NCBI GenBank assembly: GCA_965603825.1
Contig: CBFDEM010000012.1
Coordinates: forward strand, 124,001-188,000
DNA length: 64,000 nt
Direction of reading: 5' to 3'
Source of the DNA: Blepharisma stoltei ATCC 30299
Lineage: Eukaryota > Protista > Ciliophora
Below are positions 50,119 to 61,800 of this stretch, one piece after another. The notes under the pieces were generated by a model that was given only the letters and a program-made list of their open reading frames with translations, had not been told where the DNA came from and searched no databases. How positions within the stretch are numbered: position 1 is the stretch's first letter; each line of letters begins with the position of its first letter. The position numbers and the translations under genes were made by a program.

Positions 50119-50540
50119 TAGCTTTGAGTATTATTATAATGAGGTTAGTCATTTTTGCTTTATTTATGGAAATTGTTTTAGAAGTAGCATATAATTACCT
50201 ATAGTTATGCATTAAACTTGCAAAGCATTTAATTAATTTCTCATAAGTTAGTGCTCAGGTTTAATAATTTAAGCTATTGCAAATAAAAATTAAGTTGGAG
50301 CTCTGCAAACGACTTAGATTATTATTCCATGTATAAATATAATTAAACAAAAATTTAAGGTTGAAAGCATAATTTTATTCGGATTATCATTTAAATTAAG
50401 AATCGTGATCAAAACTCACCGTTTTAGAGGCCCTTTTAGATTTTGAAAATCTTTGATTAAATCTAGTGAAGTAGTAATGACCATTTTCTTAAAAAGTTTT
50501 ACATTATCTTTTATTCAAAATCTCGATTATTGTTGAAAAA

Positions 50541-51689
50541 ATGAAAATAGTTCTGTTTGTGTTTTTGATCTCAACAGTTTTTGCAGAGCTAAAAACTGAC
50601 TTAATTTCTATTTCTATGAATTGCCCACTATATAGCTGTAAGCCAGAGCAAGTAACTTTTGCTGACCAAAGCGTATGTCTACAGATATTTGGGTCAAGCT
50701 ATTACTCTCGTGCCTGCGAATCTGGCAGCACGTGTGATACTACTAATGTCATGAGTGGCCGTGCAAGCTGCATTCATGAAACTCCTAAGGATCCTTCCCC
50801 TAGATATAATGGTGAGGTCTGCATTATCGATTCTGACTGCATGTCAGACTACTGTGCTGACCATATCTGTAAGCGATCTGAAGAAGGAGATTCATGCAAA
50901 TCAGACACTGATTGCAATGCAGGGCAGTTTTGCTACACCAATACAACTTCAGCTGAATTTTTTTGCGTTCCTGTCTACAAATCAGGAGAAGCTGGATGCA
51001 CAAATGACAACCAATGTGAGTCAACATGCGGATGCAGAATTATGGATAAAAATAACAATGATAAAAATACATGCATCCCTTATTTTAGTTTACCTGATTA
51101 CGAACCTTTAATAGGGTGCCCTCAATATGGACTAATAAAATTAATATGCTCTTCTGGGTATTGTTGGGGAAACACAACAACAAGTATGTGCATTCCAGCC
51201 CCAACAACAAACGGTACTGTACCTCTTAGTTGTGGAGACGATTCAGCCTGTATAAGCACATCTGATGAGGTTACTGGAGCTTCTTTTTCGAAAGTCTGCA
51301 ACTGTGGCTATAATAAAGATGGCCAAAGCTACTGCAATCTATTTTCGGGAGATGCACCTTATCAGAGCTTCTTGGAAGTACTTAAAGATTGGCTTTCTTC
51401 TGAACATGTGAACAAGTGCAACACTGATGCCCGCTTTAGTTATTCTTGTATTGAAAGCTATTGGAGTGAGAAAAAATATCATGAACTCAAATATTGGTCA
51501 ACGTATACAAGCTTATATCCTAAAGTTCAAAATTCTGACAACTGCACTTTAGCTGTTATGTTTCCGGAATATTATAAGCTTTATGATCCAAATGCAACTC
51601 CTGGGGGGAATGATAATGACGATATTGATGACAGCTCTGCAGTTGAAATTGGGCTGATATTTGCTTTTCATCTTGGTTTATTAATCTAA
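50541..51689 (+). CDS. Cys-rich secreted, probably GPI-anchored surface protein, 382 aa
   Basis: Signal peptide MKIVLFVFLISTVFA, repeated GxxCxxDxDC motifs, C-terminal DSSA followed by a hydrophobic tail. Confidence 0.88.
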   Translation: MKIVLFVFLISTVFAELKTDLISISMNCPLYSCKPEQVTFADQSVCLQIFGSSYYSRACESGSTCDTTNVMSGRASCIHETPKDPSPRYNGEVCIIDSDCMSDYCADHICKRSEEGDSCKSDTDCNAGQFCYTNTTSAEFFCVPVYKSGEAGCTNDNQCESTCGCRIMDKNNNDKNTCIPYFSLPDYEPLIGCPQYGLIKLICSSGYCWGNTTTSMCIPAPTTNGTVPLSCGDDSACISTSDEVTGASFSKVCNCGYNKDGQSYCNLFSGDAPYQSFLEVLKDWLSSEHVNKCNTDARFSYSCIESYWSEKKYHELKYWSTYTSLYPKVQNSDNCTLAVMFPEYYKLYDPNATPGGNDNDDIDDSSAVEIGLIFAFHLGLLI

Positions 51690-52126
51690 ATAACTAAAAT
51701 GATAGCCAAATTTAATTGAGATTTCTTAATTTTATCCCACTCCTTAGCATGCCAAAGTATCAATTTATACTCTTAGCTGCATTTCTATTATAAAGTGCCA
51801 AAATAATCAAATTGATTTTTAGTTATCTATTTTGCCGTGCTTCATTGATTTCTTTATTCAAAATTACTTAATACCTTGCTATCTGATATAAAATTTTATG
51901 AATGCTCTTTATTTTTTGTTTTGGTGCTATCATACGATTATCAAGTTATGCATATTTGATCAAGCTTCTCTTTAAACATTTTTATTCATTCTTTATACAT
52001 AAAAAGCTTATAGAAACTGATACAACTCTGGAAATTCATAAATTCATTGAGACTTGCAGTTATATTCCATGACTTCTTTTAGCTCCTAAAGTATTTTATT
52101 TAACTTATATTCTTAGTGGTGAAAAA

Positions 52127-53254
52127 ATGAAAATTGCTCTTCTAGTGCTTCTCATTTCTCTCGCCTATGCTGAATGGGAGCTTGATTTAGGTGTTTCAAT
52201 GACGTGTCCACTATACAGCTGCAAGCCAGACACTGTACCCTTTGGCGATTCAAGCGTATGCCTCCAAGTTTTCGGGTCAAACTATTACACTCGCAAATGC
52301 TCATCTGGCTACACATGCGATATATCTGGCGTGAATAATGGCCGCGCTTATTGCATATATGATAATGGAAATACCCCTGAACTTAGATATAACGGTGAGG
52401 TTTGCACCTACGACTCTGATTGTATGTCAAGTAGCTGTGTGGATAATGTTTGCAAGAGAAGTCAAGAAGGAGATGTCTGCGCATCTGACACTGATTGCAA
52501 TGCAGGACAATTTTGCTTTTACAACAAGACCTCAACTGAAAACTATTGCGTTCCTCAATTAAAATCAGGCCAGACAGGATGCACAAATGACAACCAATGT
52601 GAGTCAACATGCGGCTGCAGAATTATGAGTATAGCTAGTTCGACCAAGAATACGTGCACTCCTTATTTTAGCTTGCCAAACTATACACCAATAATGGGAT
52701 GCCCTTCAACTGGGCTAACAAAACTTATATGCACCTCAGGGTATTGTTGGGGAAATACGACAACAAGCATGTGCATTCCAGCCCCAACAACAAAAGGCAC
52801 AATACCTCTTTATTGTGGAGATGATTCTACATGTGTAAGCAACACTGACGCACGAACTCAAGCTTCCTTTTCACAGGTTTGCAACTGTGGCTATAATAAA
52901 GTCGGCCAAAGCTACTGCAACTTGTTTTACGGTGACGCGCCTTACCAAAGTTTCTTGAATTCACTTCAAGCTTGGCTTTCTTCTGGCTTTGTAACCAAAT
53001 GCAACACTGATGCTCGTTTTAGTGATACATGCATTCAAAGTTACTGGTCGAAGGAAAAGTTTAATGAACTCAAATATTGGCTGACTTACACTAGCTTATA
53101 CCCTAAAATCCAAAATGCTGACGACTGCACTTTGGCGGTTATGTTCCCTGATTATTATGCCTTATACAAAGGGCATGGCACTGGGGATAGTGATGATAGC
53201 TCTGCTGCTGCGATTGGGCTGCTTTTTGCATTTCTCTTTGCCTCGTTAATCTAA
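52127..53254 (+). CDS. Cys-rich secreted, probably GPI-anchored surface protein (tandem paralog), 375 aa
   Basis: Cys pattern collinear with 50541..51689; signal peptide and hydrophobic C-terminus. Confidence 0.88.
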   Translation: MKIALLVLLISLAYAEWELDLGVSMTCPLYSCKPDTVPFGDSSVCLQVFGSNYYTRKCSSGYTCDISGVNNGRAYCIYDNGNTPELRYNGEVCTYDSDCMSSSCVDNVCKRSQEGDVCASDTDCNAGQFCFYNKTSTENYCVPQLKSGQTGCTNDNQCESTCGCRIMSIASSTKNTCTPYFSLPNYTPIMGCPSTGLTKLICTSGYCWGNTTTSMCIPAPTTKGTIPLYCGDDSTCVSNTDARTQASFSQVCNCGYNKVGQSYCNLFYGDAPYQSFLNSLQAWLSSGFVTKCNTDARFSDTCIQSYWSKEKFNELKYWLTYTSLYPKIQNADDCTLAVMFPDYYALYKGHGTGDSDDSSAAAIGLLFAFLFASLI

Positions 53255-53283
53255 AATCTTATTAGTAATTAAGAACATTAATC

Positions 53284-54030
53284 TTACTGCTCTGGCTCTT
53301 GAATTTTATGCTTTTTCTTCTTTCGAGTTTTACCTTCATCTGCAAGAAGGTTTTCTTTATTATCTTTAAATGCTGGCAGTCTGTCAATTCCTTGAAGCTC
53401 GTCATCTTTTTTCTTTCGCCCTATCAGGTATATGATGTTAAAGAATGCACAGGATATGAAAATATATAATACAGTGAAAAGAGATAGCTTGGCCCCTTCT
53501 TTTGCGCAAACATTAGCTTGATCTTCACCTCCATTTCAGTTATTATCATCACAATTTCCTTTCATATAGGTGACTTTGCTTAATCCTCCCCATATTACGA
53601 ATCCTAAGAACTGCCACATCACTGCATTCCAATAAAATGTAAGACTTAGCCAAATCGCGACTTTTTTGGTAAACAAGTTTGCTACAAGGACTCCAATTGT
53701 CAATACCAGGAAAAGTAAGGAAAAACATTCAAACAGCACATAAACGCACCCGCCAGCCCAAAGCCTTCTGAAGCCTTTGCAGGAGCCTTCACTGTACATG
53801 ACGGGGTCACAGTTGTCATAAATGTGATAATAAGTATAGTCGTGGCTGTGGTATTTACTGTCTTCTGTAGGCCATAATAGTCCACCTTCCCAATCGAATG
53901 GTGACTCCCCTTGATTAAATCATCTTTTCACTGCTAAAGTGGCCAGCTCAAAAGCAATTATTGTGATGAGGAAGATGATTTCAATAATCCACCAAGCTTT
54001 CTTATCCATGCATAATATCTTGTCTCCCAT
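53284..54030 (-). CDS. Claudin/PMP22-superfamily-like four-TM protein, 248 aa
   Basis: ATG 54030 to TAA 53284 through two TGA. Four hydrophobic segments; first loop KR[W]...GGLLW...C...C. Confidence 0.72.
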
Positions 54031-54148
54031 TATTATAACTAACCTCGATTTGTGTTTGTATTAATTCAAATCGGGTAGAGAAATAATAATAAAATAAAGA
54101 TAAAAATTAAGGGTTATATTGAGGGAATTTATATCAATAAGTTGGAAT

Positions 54149-55129
54149 TTAATTAACACGAGAGCCAGCTACTGCCATTTGTGGATGTTGAGCGAGCACG
54201 TAAGCAGGTGTTGGCTGTATCAGTTGTTGAAAATTAAAATTATTTTGAGAGCATAAGGATTCGTATTTTTTAGCTGCTTTGAGGAATTTTTTGCCTAAGA
54301 TAGAATATGAAAAGAATATAGCTGCAATTACAGCTGCATTTATCCATGCATAGTTTATACTTTCTTCAAAGCTCGGTTCAGTATAATCATCATCAAAACT
54401 ATTTTCATTTTCCCCTGCTTCTAAATATTCAGCTTTGACTTTTATTGTTTTATTCCATTTTCTATCTTTGATTTCTTTCCATGATTCCAAACGTGGCTTA
54501 GGTCTTGGAAGAGAGTGACCTCTATATAAAATTGAGCTATGGAAATTTCCTAATTCAATGTTAGCTTTGGTGAAATCGGGCTCATTTTTCATATTTTTTA
54601 CTTCTGAGCTTGAGGAAAGGCTAGAGTCAGCATGGTATACGAGAAATGATCCTACAATTATGCATATTGCTAGAAGGATGAACGCTCATAAGTAAGTTTT
54701 AATTGCTCTGACTGTCTTATGATGGGCTGCTCTGATTCCTAAAGCAGATGCTATAAAGACTCCAAAGTTGCCAGCAGCAATCAGAGCGAACAAGGGACTA
54801 GAAGGATTATTTGCATCATATTGCTGATAGGTAATATAATTAAACCAGTAGAGGGAACTGATGAAGCCAAGTCCTCCAGAAATAAAACATATAGCATTTA
54901 TAATTCTCGAGAGCTTGTAAAGCCTTGATATTGATTTTTCGATTTTTAAATTGGCTGGAAATGCTGGTCTGTAGGGTGGAGGCTGCTGATAAGGCTGTTG
55001 GGGATATCTTGGATCCGGATTTGGATACGGCTGCAGAAGTGGGGCAGATGGGCGTGCATTTGTATACCCACGAGGATAATTTTGGAAATCTGACTGGAAA
55101 TTGAAAGGATAAGCATTTAAGCTCGCCAT
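54149..55129 (-). CDS. Membrane protein with Pro/Gln/Tyr-rich N-terminus and about four TM segments, 326 aa
   Basis: Two ORFs in one frame joined by TGA at 54686-54688. Confidence 0.75.
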
Positions 55130-55817
55130 AATATTTTTGTTGCGTATTTAATAAATATATTGCTTGAATTATAAAAGCTTAATGAATTTTATTTTAATTG
55201 GATAACTGTCTCATATAATTACTTTATTGATCTGCCCTGATTATATTTATTTAAAAAATAGATATAAAAGGGTCGAGTAGTTTTCATATGAGATAAGAAA
55301 TTAAGCAAACTATTTTATGCAATTAATTATTTTATTTTATTAAGCTTCTTTAGCATCTCAATGAATTGAGAGACCATTGTGCCATCATTTTACTCGATAA
55401 TTTTTCAGATATGATTCGAAGCTCCAATAAACCCATGAGGAATTTCATATTTTCATCTTCAAGAATTTAGTTAAAATTTTAAAGATCTGAAATAATAAAA
55501 TAATTTTTTGATCTCTTATTAAGGGTTTTTGAATAGAAAAATAAATTTGCTTTCCCATAGCGAATGCTAAATGCCGGTAAGCTGTATCTTTACAAAACTC
55601 CAAAGTATTTTCTAATCAAATTCTGAATATACTTTAACTTCTTTTAAAAAAATATAGCTTAAAACTCCAAATACAGCTTGTCAGGCTTATAGCTTAGTTG
55701 GGGCTTAATAAAGTATCCTTAAACCGGTATAATTAAATTTAGAAACTGTAATGTCAAAAGGCCATAGATATTTGAGTAATTAAATTTGATTAAAATTTAA
55801 AAGAAATATTAGATTTC

Positions 55818-58800
55818 TTAATTAATAGCTCCATCTCCAATATCTGAAAGATCGTTATTCACCATGCTGCGATTTATTTCAGTTGGACTACTATCAAGGT
55901 CTGCAATTCGTCTATTTTCTTTCCTATTAATTCTAATATTGTATTTATTTTGTGGTGGTGAGCTCTTTTGCAGCCCTTCTTTGACAAGCTCATAGCATGT
56001 TTTGCCAAAAAGTGCTATTGAGGAAGCAGACTGAACACCCATAATTCCAATTGCAACTGAAATTAATGTCAATTCAAAATCGCTTTGCATGCTTGATGAC
56101 ATATTAAAGAGGTTTGCAGACATTAATCCCATAAAAAGCATGGTGCAAATTTCGGTAAGAGTGTTCGTGATTTGAAGAATTGGTTCCTCATAAGGTCGGT
56201 ATTTGATCATATAAAGCACAGTTATAAGAGAAAGCACGGTGCTAATTGTAACTTGAGAAGCTGGGTAGTTATTAAGTAGAGCTACATTCATAATATATAT
56301 AAATCTTCTTCCGAAAAAAAGAGAATAATATTGAGTGCTCATCAGTCCTTGGTCATTTTTGAACTCATAAAAGAATGAACTCCAAAGTTTTTCGAAACCT
56401 TTTTCTCTTTCTTGAATTTTCGGCAAATTTTTATATGAGAGCATAAAAAATAGCAAAGGAGAAACTGATGAAAAAATCTAAATAAAAATTACAAACACGC
56501 CAAGGCATATAATTGTATTTGTAGCTTGAGTCATGTTACCAAACGAAAACTAAATAAATCTTACATTTAATAATCCTATAAGTGCTGCGGCGGTGAAGTC
56601 TAAATAGCTTTGAATCCAAAACCTCACAAACACTGACCATTTATAATTTTTTAGTATTCCTGCTAGTTTTCTAGCTAAATACCTTTGGGAGCAGTTTGAT
56701 AAGAAGTAAACTAAAGGAAGTGCAGCTACAATGGCCCCAAGTGTTGTAATAGCACTCCCAACATTAAGCAAAATCAAATCAGTGTCATAGCCATATTTTA
56801 CTGCTTGAGCATATGGAGCAGTCCCTTGACTTTTATCAACGAAATATTCAAATAAATTTGGTAAATAATAATTGCCATTCATATTTATTACAAACGCATA
56901 AAACGATTCTGACATTGGGATTTTGGTAAGGCCTAGGTATGCAATATAATTTAGAGTGTTCAACATGCTCCACAAGCTAGCTGGGTTAGGGTTAATGAAT
57001 GAAACTGCTACTGATGCCCCTATAATTGATTGAACTGCAGCTGTTGTTTGGCTAGTTACTGCAGTAACAGCCTGGCTGCTTGAATATGGACTATAGTGAT
57101 AAAGAACTCCAGCTAAAGTATCATCTTTAAGTAGCGCATTTGTTTCTGATACAAAATACGTCAAATTCATCAATTTTATAGCTATTGGAGTTTTACTGTT
57201 AACTTCTACAGAAAATGACAACGAAATTGTATAAAATTTGTCGCTCATCCTTTCCATTGTTCATGAATAATCAGACAAAGAAATATTTTCGATATTGATA
57301 CTCAAGTCATATTGAGAAATTATGTTCACAAGATTTTCAGAGAATGTGATGTTTAAGGAGTTGTCATCGTTTACTGCCAAATATGCATTAAAATAAGCTG
57401 CATCGCAGGCATTTCCATTGTATCCAACTTTGCAAATGCATGAGTTATTTTGTGATAATTCAGCATTTGTGATGCAGGTATAACAAATTGATGAATCTAA
57501 ACAAGATGTGCACTTGCTTGGGCAGTCGTTGCAGACTCCATTGACTGAATATTGGTTTGACTTGCACTGTAGACATTCTTCTTGGGTTTTATTTAAATAA
57601 TACCCATTATTGCATATGCATTCTCCAGATGATAAATAAGCATTCGTCTTGCATTGGAGACAGGATCCAGAAATAAAATCATCGCAGACGCTGCATATAA
57701 CGTTATTGCACAAATTGCAAGTTTTATCATTCCTCACACACCCTACAGCTGAGCATGCATTGTTGCAAGCCGAACACTGCGTTCCATCCCAATACTCAGA
57801 AATTGGACAATTAGGAATACAAGCTGCAGAATTATCTACAGGACATAAAGAGCATTGTGAACAAGATGTAGAGTACAAAGAAGAAAAACTAACAATGCTA
57901 TTCCTGATTTTCAGGTCCCAAATAAATCCAGAGAAGTAATTTCCAAATGTTGAGCTTGTCAAAAGAGATGATCCTATTATAATCTTAAACGAATCTTGCA
58001 AATCTTCAAACCACGACGTACTTAAGTCACTTGATGCATCTGAAACTGAATTTATGCTGAATGAAATTACTTGGGCAGGAGTCACTGAAATATCTGAAGA
58101 AACTATTAATAAATTCCATTGATTTTGGTTAAGGCTACTAGTGCTAGTATATAAAGCGGTTGACCCATCACTTAGCTTTATTTTCAATGAAGGAGTTAAA
58201 GAAGACAAACTTAGCTTCAAAATGGGAGTAGCCACTGTAGAGTTTGACTGCTTTGTAAATAAATCACAAGAAGTTGTAGAAGGGTTAAGCCACATTGAAA
58301 AAGTAAATTTGGGAGCAAGAATCAGAGCTCTAGAAGAGGAAGACACATTCATATATGATTTTCCATTAAAGTAGTATCCACGATATTGAGCTGCGTAAGG
58401 GTCTGATTCTTCATAGTTTGGATAGAAATTTGTATCGTTTCCTGTGCTTGCAATAATACCAGATTGGAGATCAGTAACTTCGTCTTTAATTTGGTTTGGC
58501 TTTAAATTAAAAATATATGCGCTTGATGAGTCAATTATGCACTTGCTTCCTGATTTTGAGTAGCCAGTTGGGCAATAATTAATGCATAAGTTTTCAAACA
58601 GATAGCGGGTGCTTGAACAAGTTATACAGCCATCAAATGTCAATGATGAGCACGAAGCACATGCGCTATTGCAAAGTTCGCAGCTCTCTGATGAGTCAAC
58701 CCAAAGTGTATTTGCATTGCATTGGCAAGTTGTCCCTGAAAGACTTGCATTTGGTATACAGCTAATGCAAGCTCCAGAAAAAGTATTGCAAGAGAGACAT

Positions 58801-61800
58801 TCTTTGGCTTTGCAAAGTCTGCATGTTAAATCTCCAACACAGCCATGGCTGCATCCTGTTTTGCAGGATGTGCAAGAAGATGGAAAAGTGCTTAAACTGC
58901 AGCCACTTAAACAGGTTAAATCTGCAGGGCAGCTAGTGCAGCCAGTCCCACAGCCAGATGTAGTCCAATCAGTTGTCGCATGAGAATTATCGTTATATAT
59001 GTATAAGTTCCAAACGTATCCTTCCCAGCCATTAGCTAATGTTTGGTCTGCACCTAAAATCAAGTTTCCTGAAGCACTGTCTCTAAAGAAGCTTGATGTC
59101 CCTGATATTTGGGTGCTAGCTGAGATGCCATTAATATAAGACATAATCTTAGTAGTGCCATCTCCCAAAATTTGCCCAGAAAATGAGAAAAAGTTCCAAG
59201 AATTGAAAATACTTGAAGACCCTCCTGAAACTGAAATTGTCGTACCGTCCAATAGTTTAATTATTAGTGTCGGGATTCCAGCTGCAAAGGTTATAGAAAG
59301 ATACACTGACCCATCATATTTTGTTAAAAAGTAGCCACCATTTAAGCCCTTTATCCAAGAAGAGAGAGAAAAGTAAGGACTAAATTTGAAGCTAGAAGTC
59401 ATATAGCTTGATCCTGTAAAGTAATATCCTCTTTGGATTGCTGGAATAGGGTCATGAGTATCCCAGCTTGGGTATGTATTTGTGCTATCACTCCCAACAA
59501 TAAATCCACTTACAGTATCAAGGCGAAGCTGATCAATAAGATTTAAATACAATACAAGGGATGAAGATAAGTCACAGCTATGCGTCGCAGAGTTTTGTGT
59601 GTATCCTGTAGGGCAGCTGGGCTCACAAAGATTGTTTATATAGTAATAAGAGCTCAAACAAGATGAACATTGGTAATAGTTAAGTCCAGTGCAAGCAGAA
59701 CAGCCTGTGCTGCAAACTACACAGGAAAACCCATCTGATGATAAAGAATATCCGGTATCGCATGAGCACACAGATCCAGATGCATGAGTCACACAAGTTG
59801 TGCAAAGATTTGTTCCAAACCCAGTGCAAACACTGCAAAGCTTATCATCGCACACATTGCATGATACTCCCCTTACACAGCCTAGAGAGCAACTGTTGCA
59901 AGTAGAGCATGTTCCTCCAGAGTTTTGATATGATCCAAAATCACAAGTTCATAAGCAAGTGCTTCCAAACCCTACTCCGCAGATATCATTATTTACTTGA
60001 GTGCTGAAGTCAGTAATTAGGCTATTCCACATGTTGAAATTATATATAAACCCTGAAAAGTTGGAAGAAGTACTTTTGCCAATTAGAATAGTTTGAGAAG
60101 CAGCATCTCTAAAGATATAATTGCTTGTGCTGCTTGGAGTTCCTGCTACATTGTTGATATAAACTGTAGTTGTAGTAGAGCCTGAAGAGTATAAAATAGC
60201 TATTGAATAATATGACCATCCTGAGGAGCTTATTACTCCAGTCGTAATAGTGGATGCGGATAAACTTGGACTCTCTAGAATAATTGTTGCAGCACCGCTA
60301 GAATTTATAATTAATCTATTTTGTTTTTCGAATAAATCTCCTGCAGTTTCTACATAAGCCCAAAACCCAAGTGAAAAGCTGTAAGATAAATAAACGTCAA
60401 TATTTGATTCTAAGTATTTTCCACTTGAGAAATATAGCCCCCTCTTCTTGGCAGGTATAGGATCGCTGGCTTCAGGACTATTGAAAAACTGATAAGTTGA
60501 TGAGCTTGTAGCTGTTGTGAATATACCATATGACCCTGCAAAATTCTGATCGAAAGATTGAGTTATAACTTGAGAAGAAACACTTGTGCAACTTCCACCA
60601 AAACCATAAGGACACTCATGCAAGCAAACATTCCCAACAAGAGTTTCACCTGTTGTACAAGCACTGCAAAGAAAATAGTAAGTTCCCGCACACTGAGTAC
60701 ATAAGGAATCACAATATTCGCAACTTTGAGAAGACTGAACCCAGAATGCATTTGTATCGCATGCACAGACTCCAGTTGTTAAAGTAGCTCTGTCTATGCA
60801 GCTAGTGCAAGGTCCATCAAACAGTGTGCATTCTTTACATTCTTTCTGCAAGCACAGTCTGCAAGTTAGAGAACTCCTACATCCATATGGGGTGCAGCTT
60901 GAGTCGCAAGTTGTGCATCCACTTGAATAAAACGATCCAAAATCGCAGTTATCTGGGCATTTTAGCTCTGAAGGGCAGCTTGAACATCCGCCAACACACC
61001 CAGTTGTTTTTCACTCATCAAGATAATTCGAGTTTGAATTAAATACCTTTAAGCTTCACAAAAATCCAGTGAATCCATTGGCCCCAGACGATGCTCCAAT
61101 CTTCAAATTTCCTAAATCAATGAATGGAGATGAGTTAGTGGACAGTTGACTTGCCGAAACAACTCCATCTGTATACAAATATATCTTCATTTTCCCACTG
61201 ATAATATCACTTGTGAATGCAATATTGTGCCAACCATTAAAAAGATTTGAAGCTCCACTAACTGAAACAGTTGATAAGTCTTGAAGAGTTATCATTAAAG
61301 TAGGAACTCCGCCACTTGACAATGAAATCTTGAACATTTCGTCACTTCCGTTAATTTTTAGCATTAAGTATCCAGATAAAATTGGCTTAATCCAAACTGT
61401 GACTGTAAAGTAAGTATTTAATATTAGGGAGGTTGATGCCATATAGGAATCGGAAATGAAATAGTAGCCACGGTATAGTGAAGGAACTGGATCAGTGCTT
61501 TCAAATGCTGGATAAGTGTTTGTACCTGAGGAACCAACTTGGACTCCACTCACTGTGTCTAATTGGATTAGGTCTTGGAACTGAAGACTGAAAGAAAGGT
61601 TTGAAACCAAGGTGCATTGATTATTTGTAGAGTCTTGGGTATATCCTGTAGGACAAATAGAGATGCAGAGTCCAGATATAAAGTAATACATTGTCAAGCA
61701 AGAAGTGCATTGATAATAGCTTGTACCAGAGCAGCCTCCACAGCCTGTAGTGCAACCCCAAACACATGAAAATCCATCAGCTGCTTGGATATAATTAACA

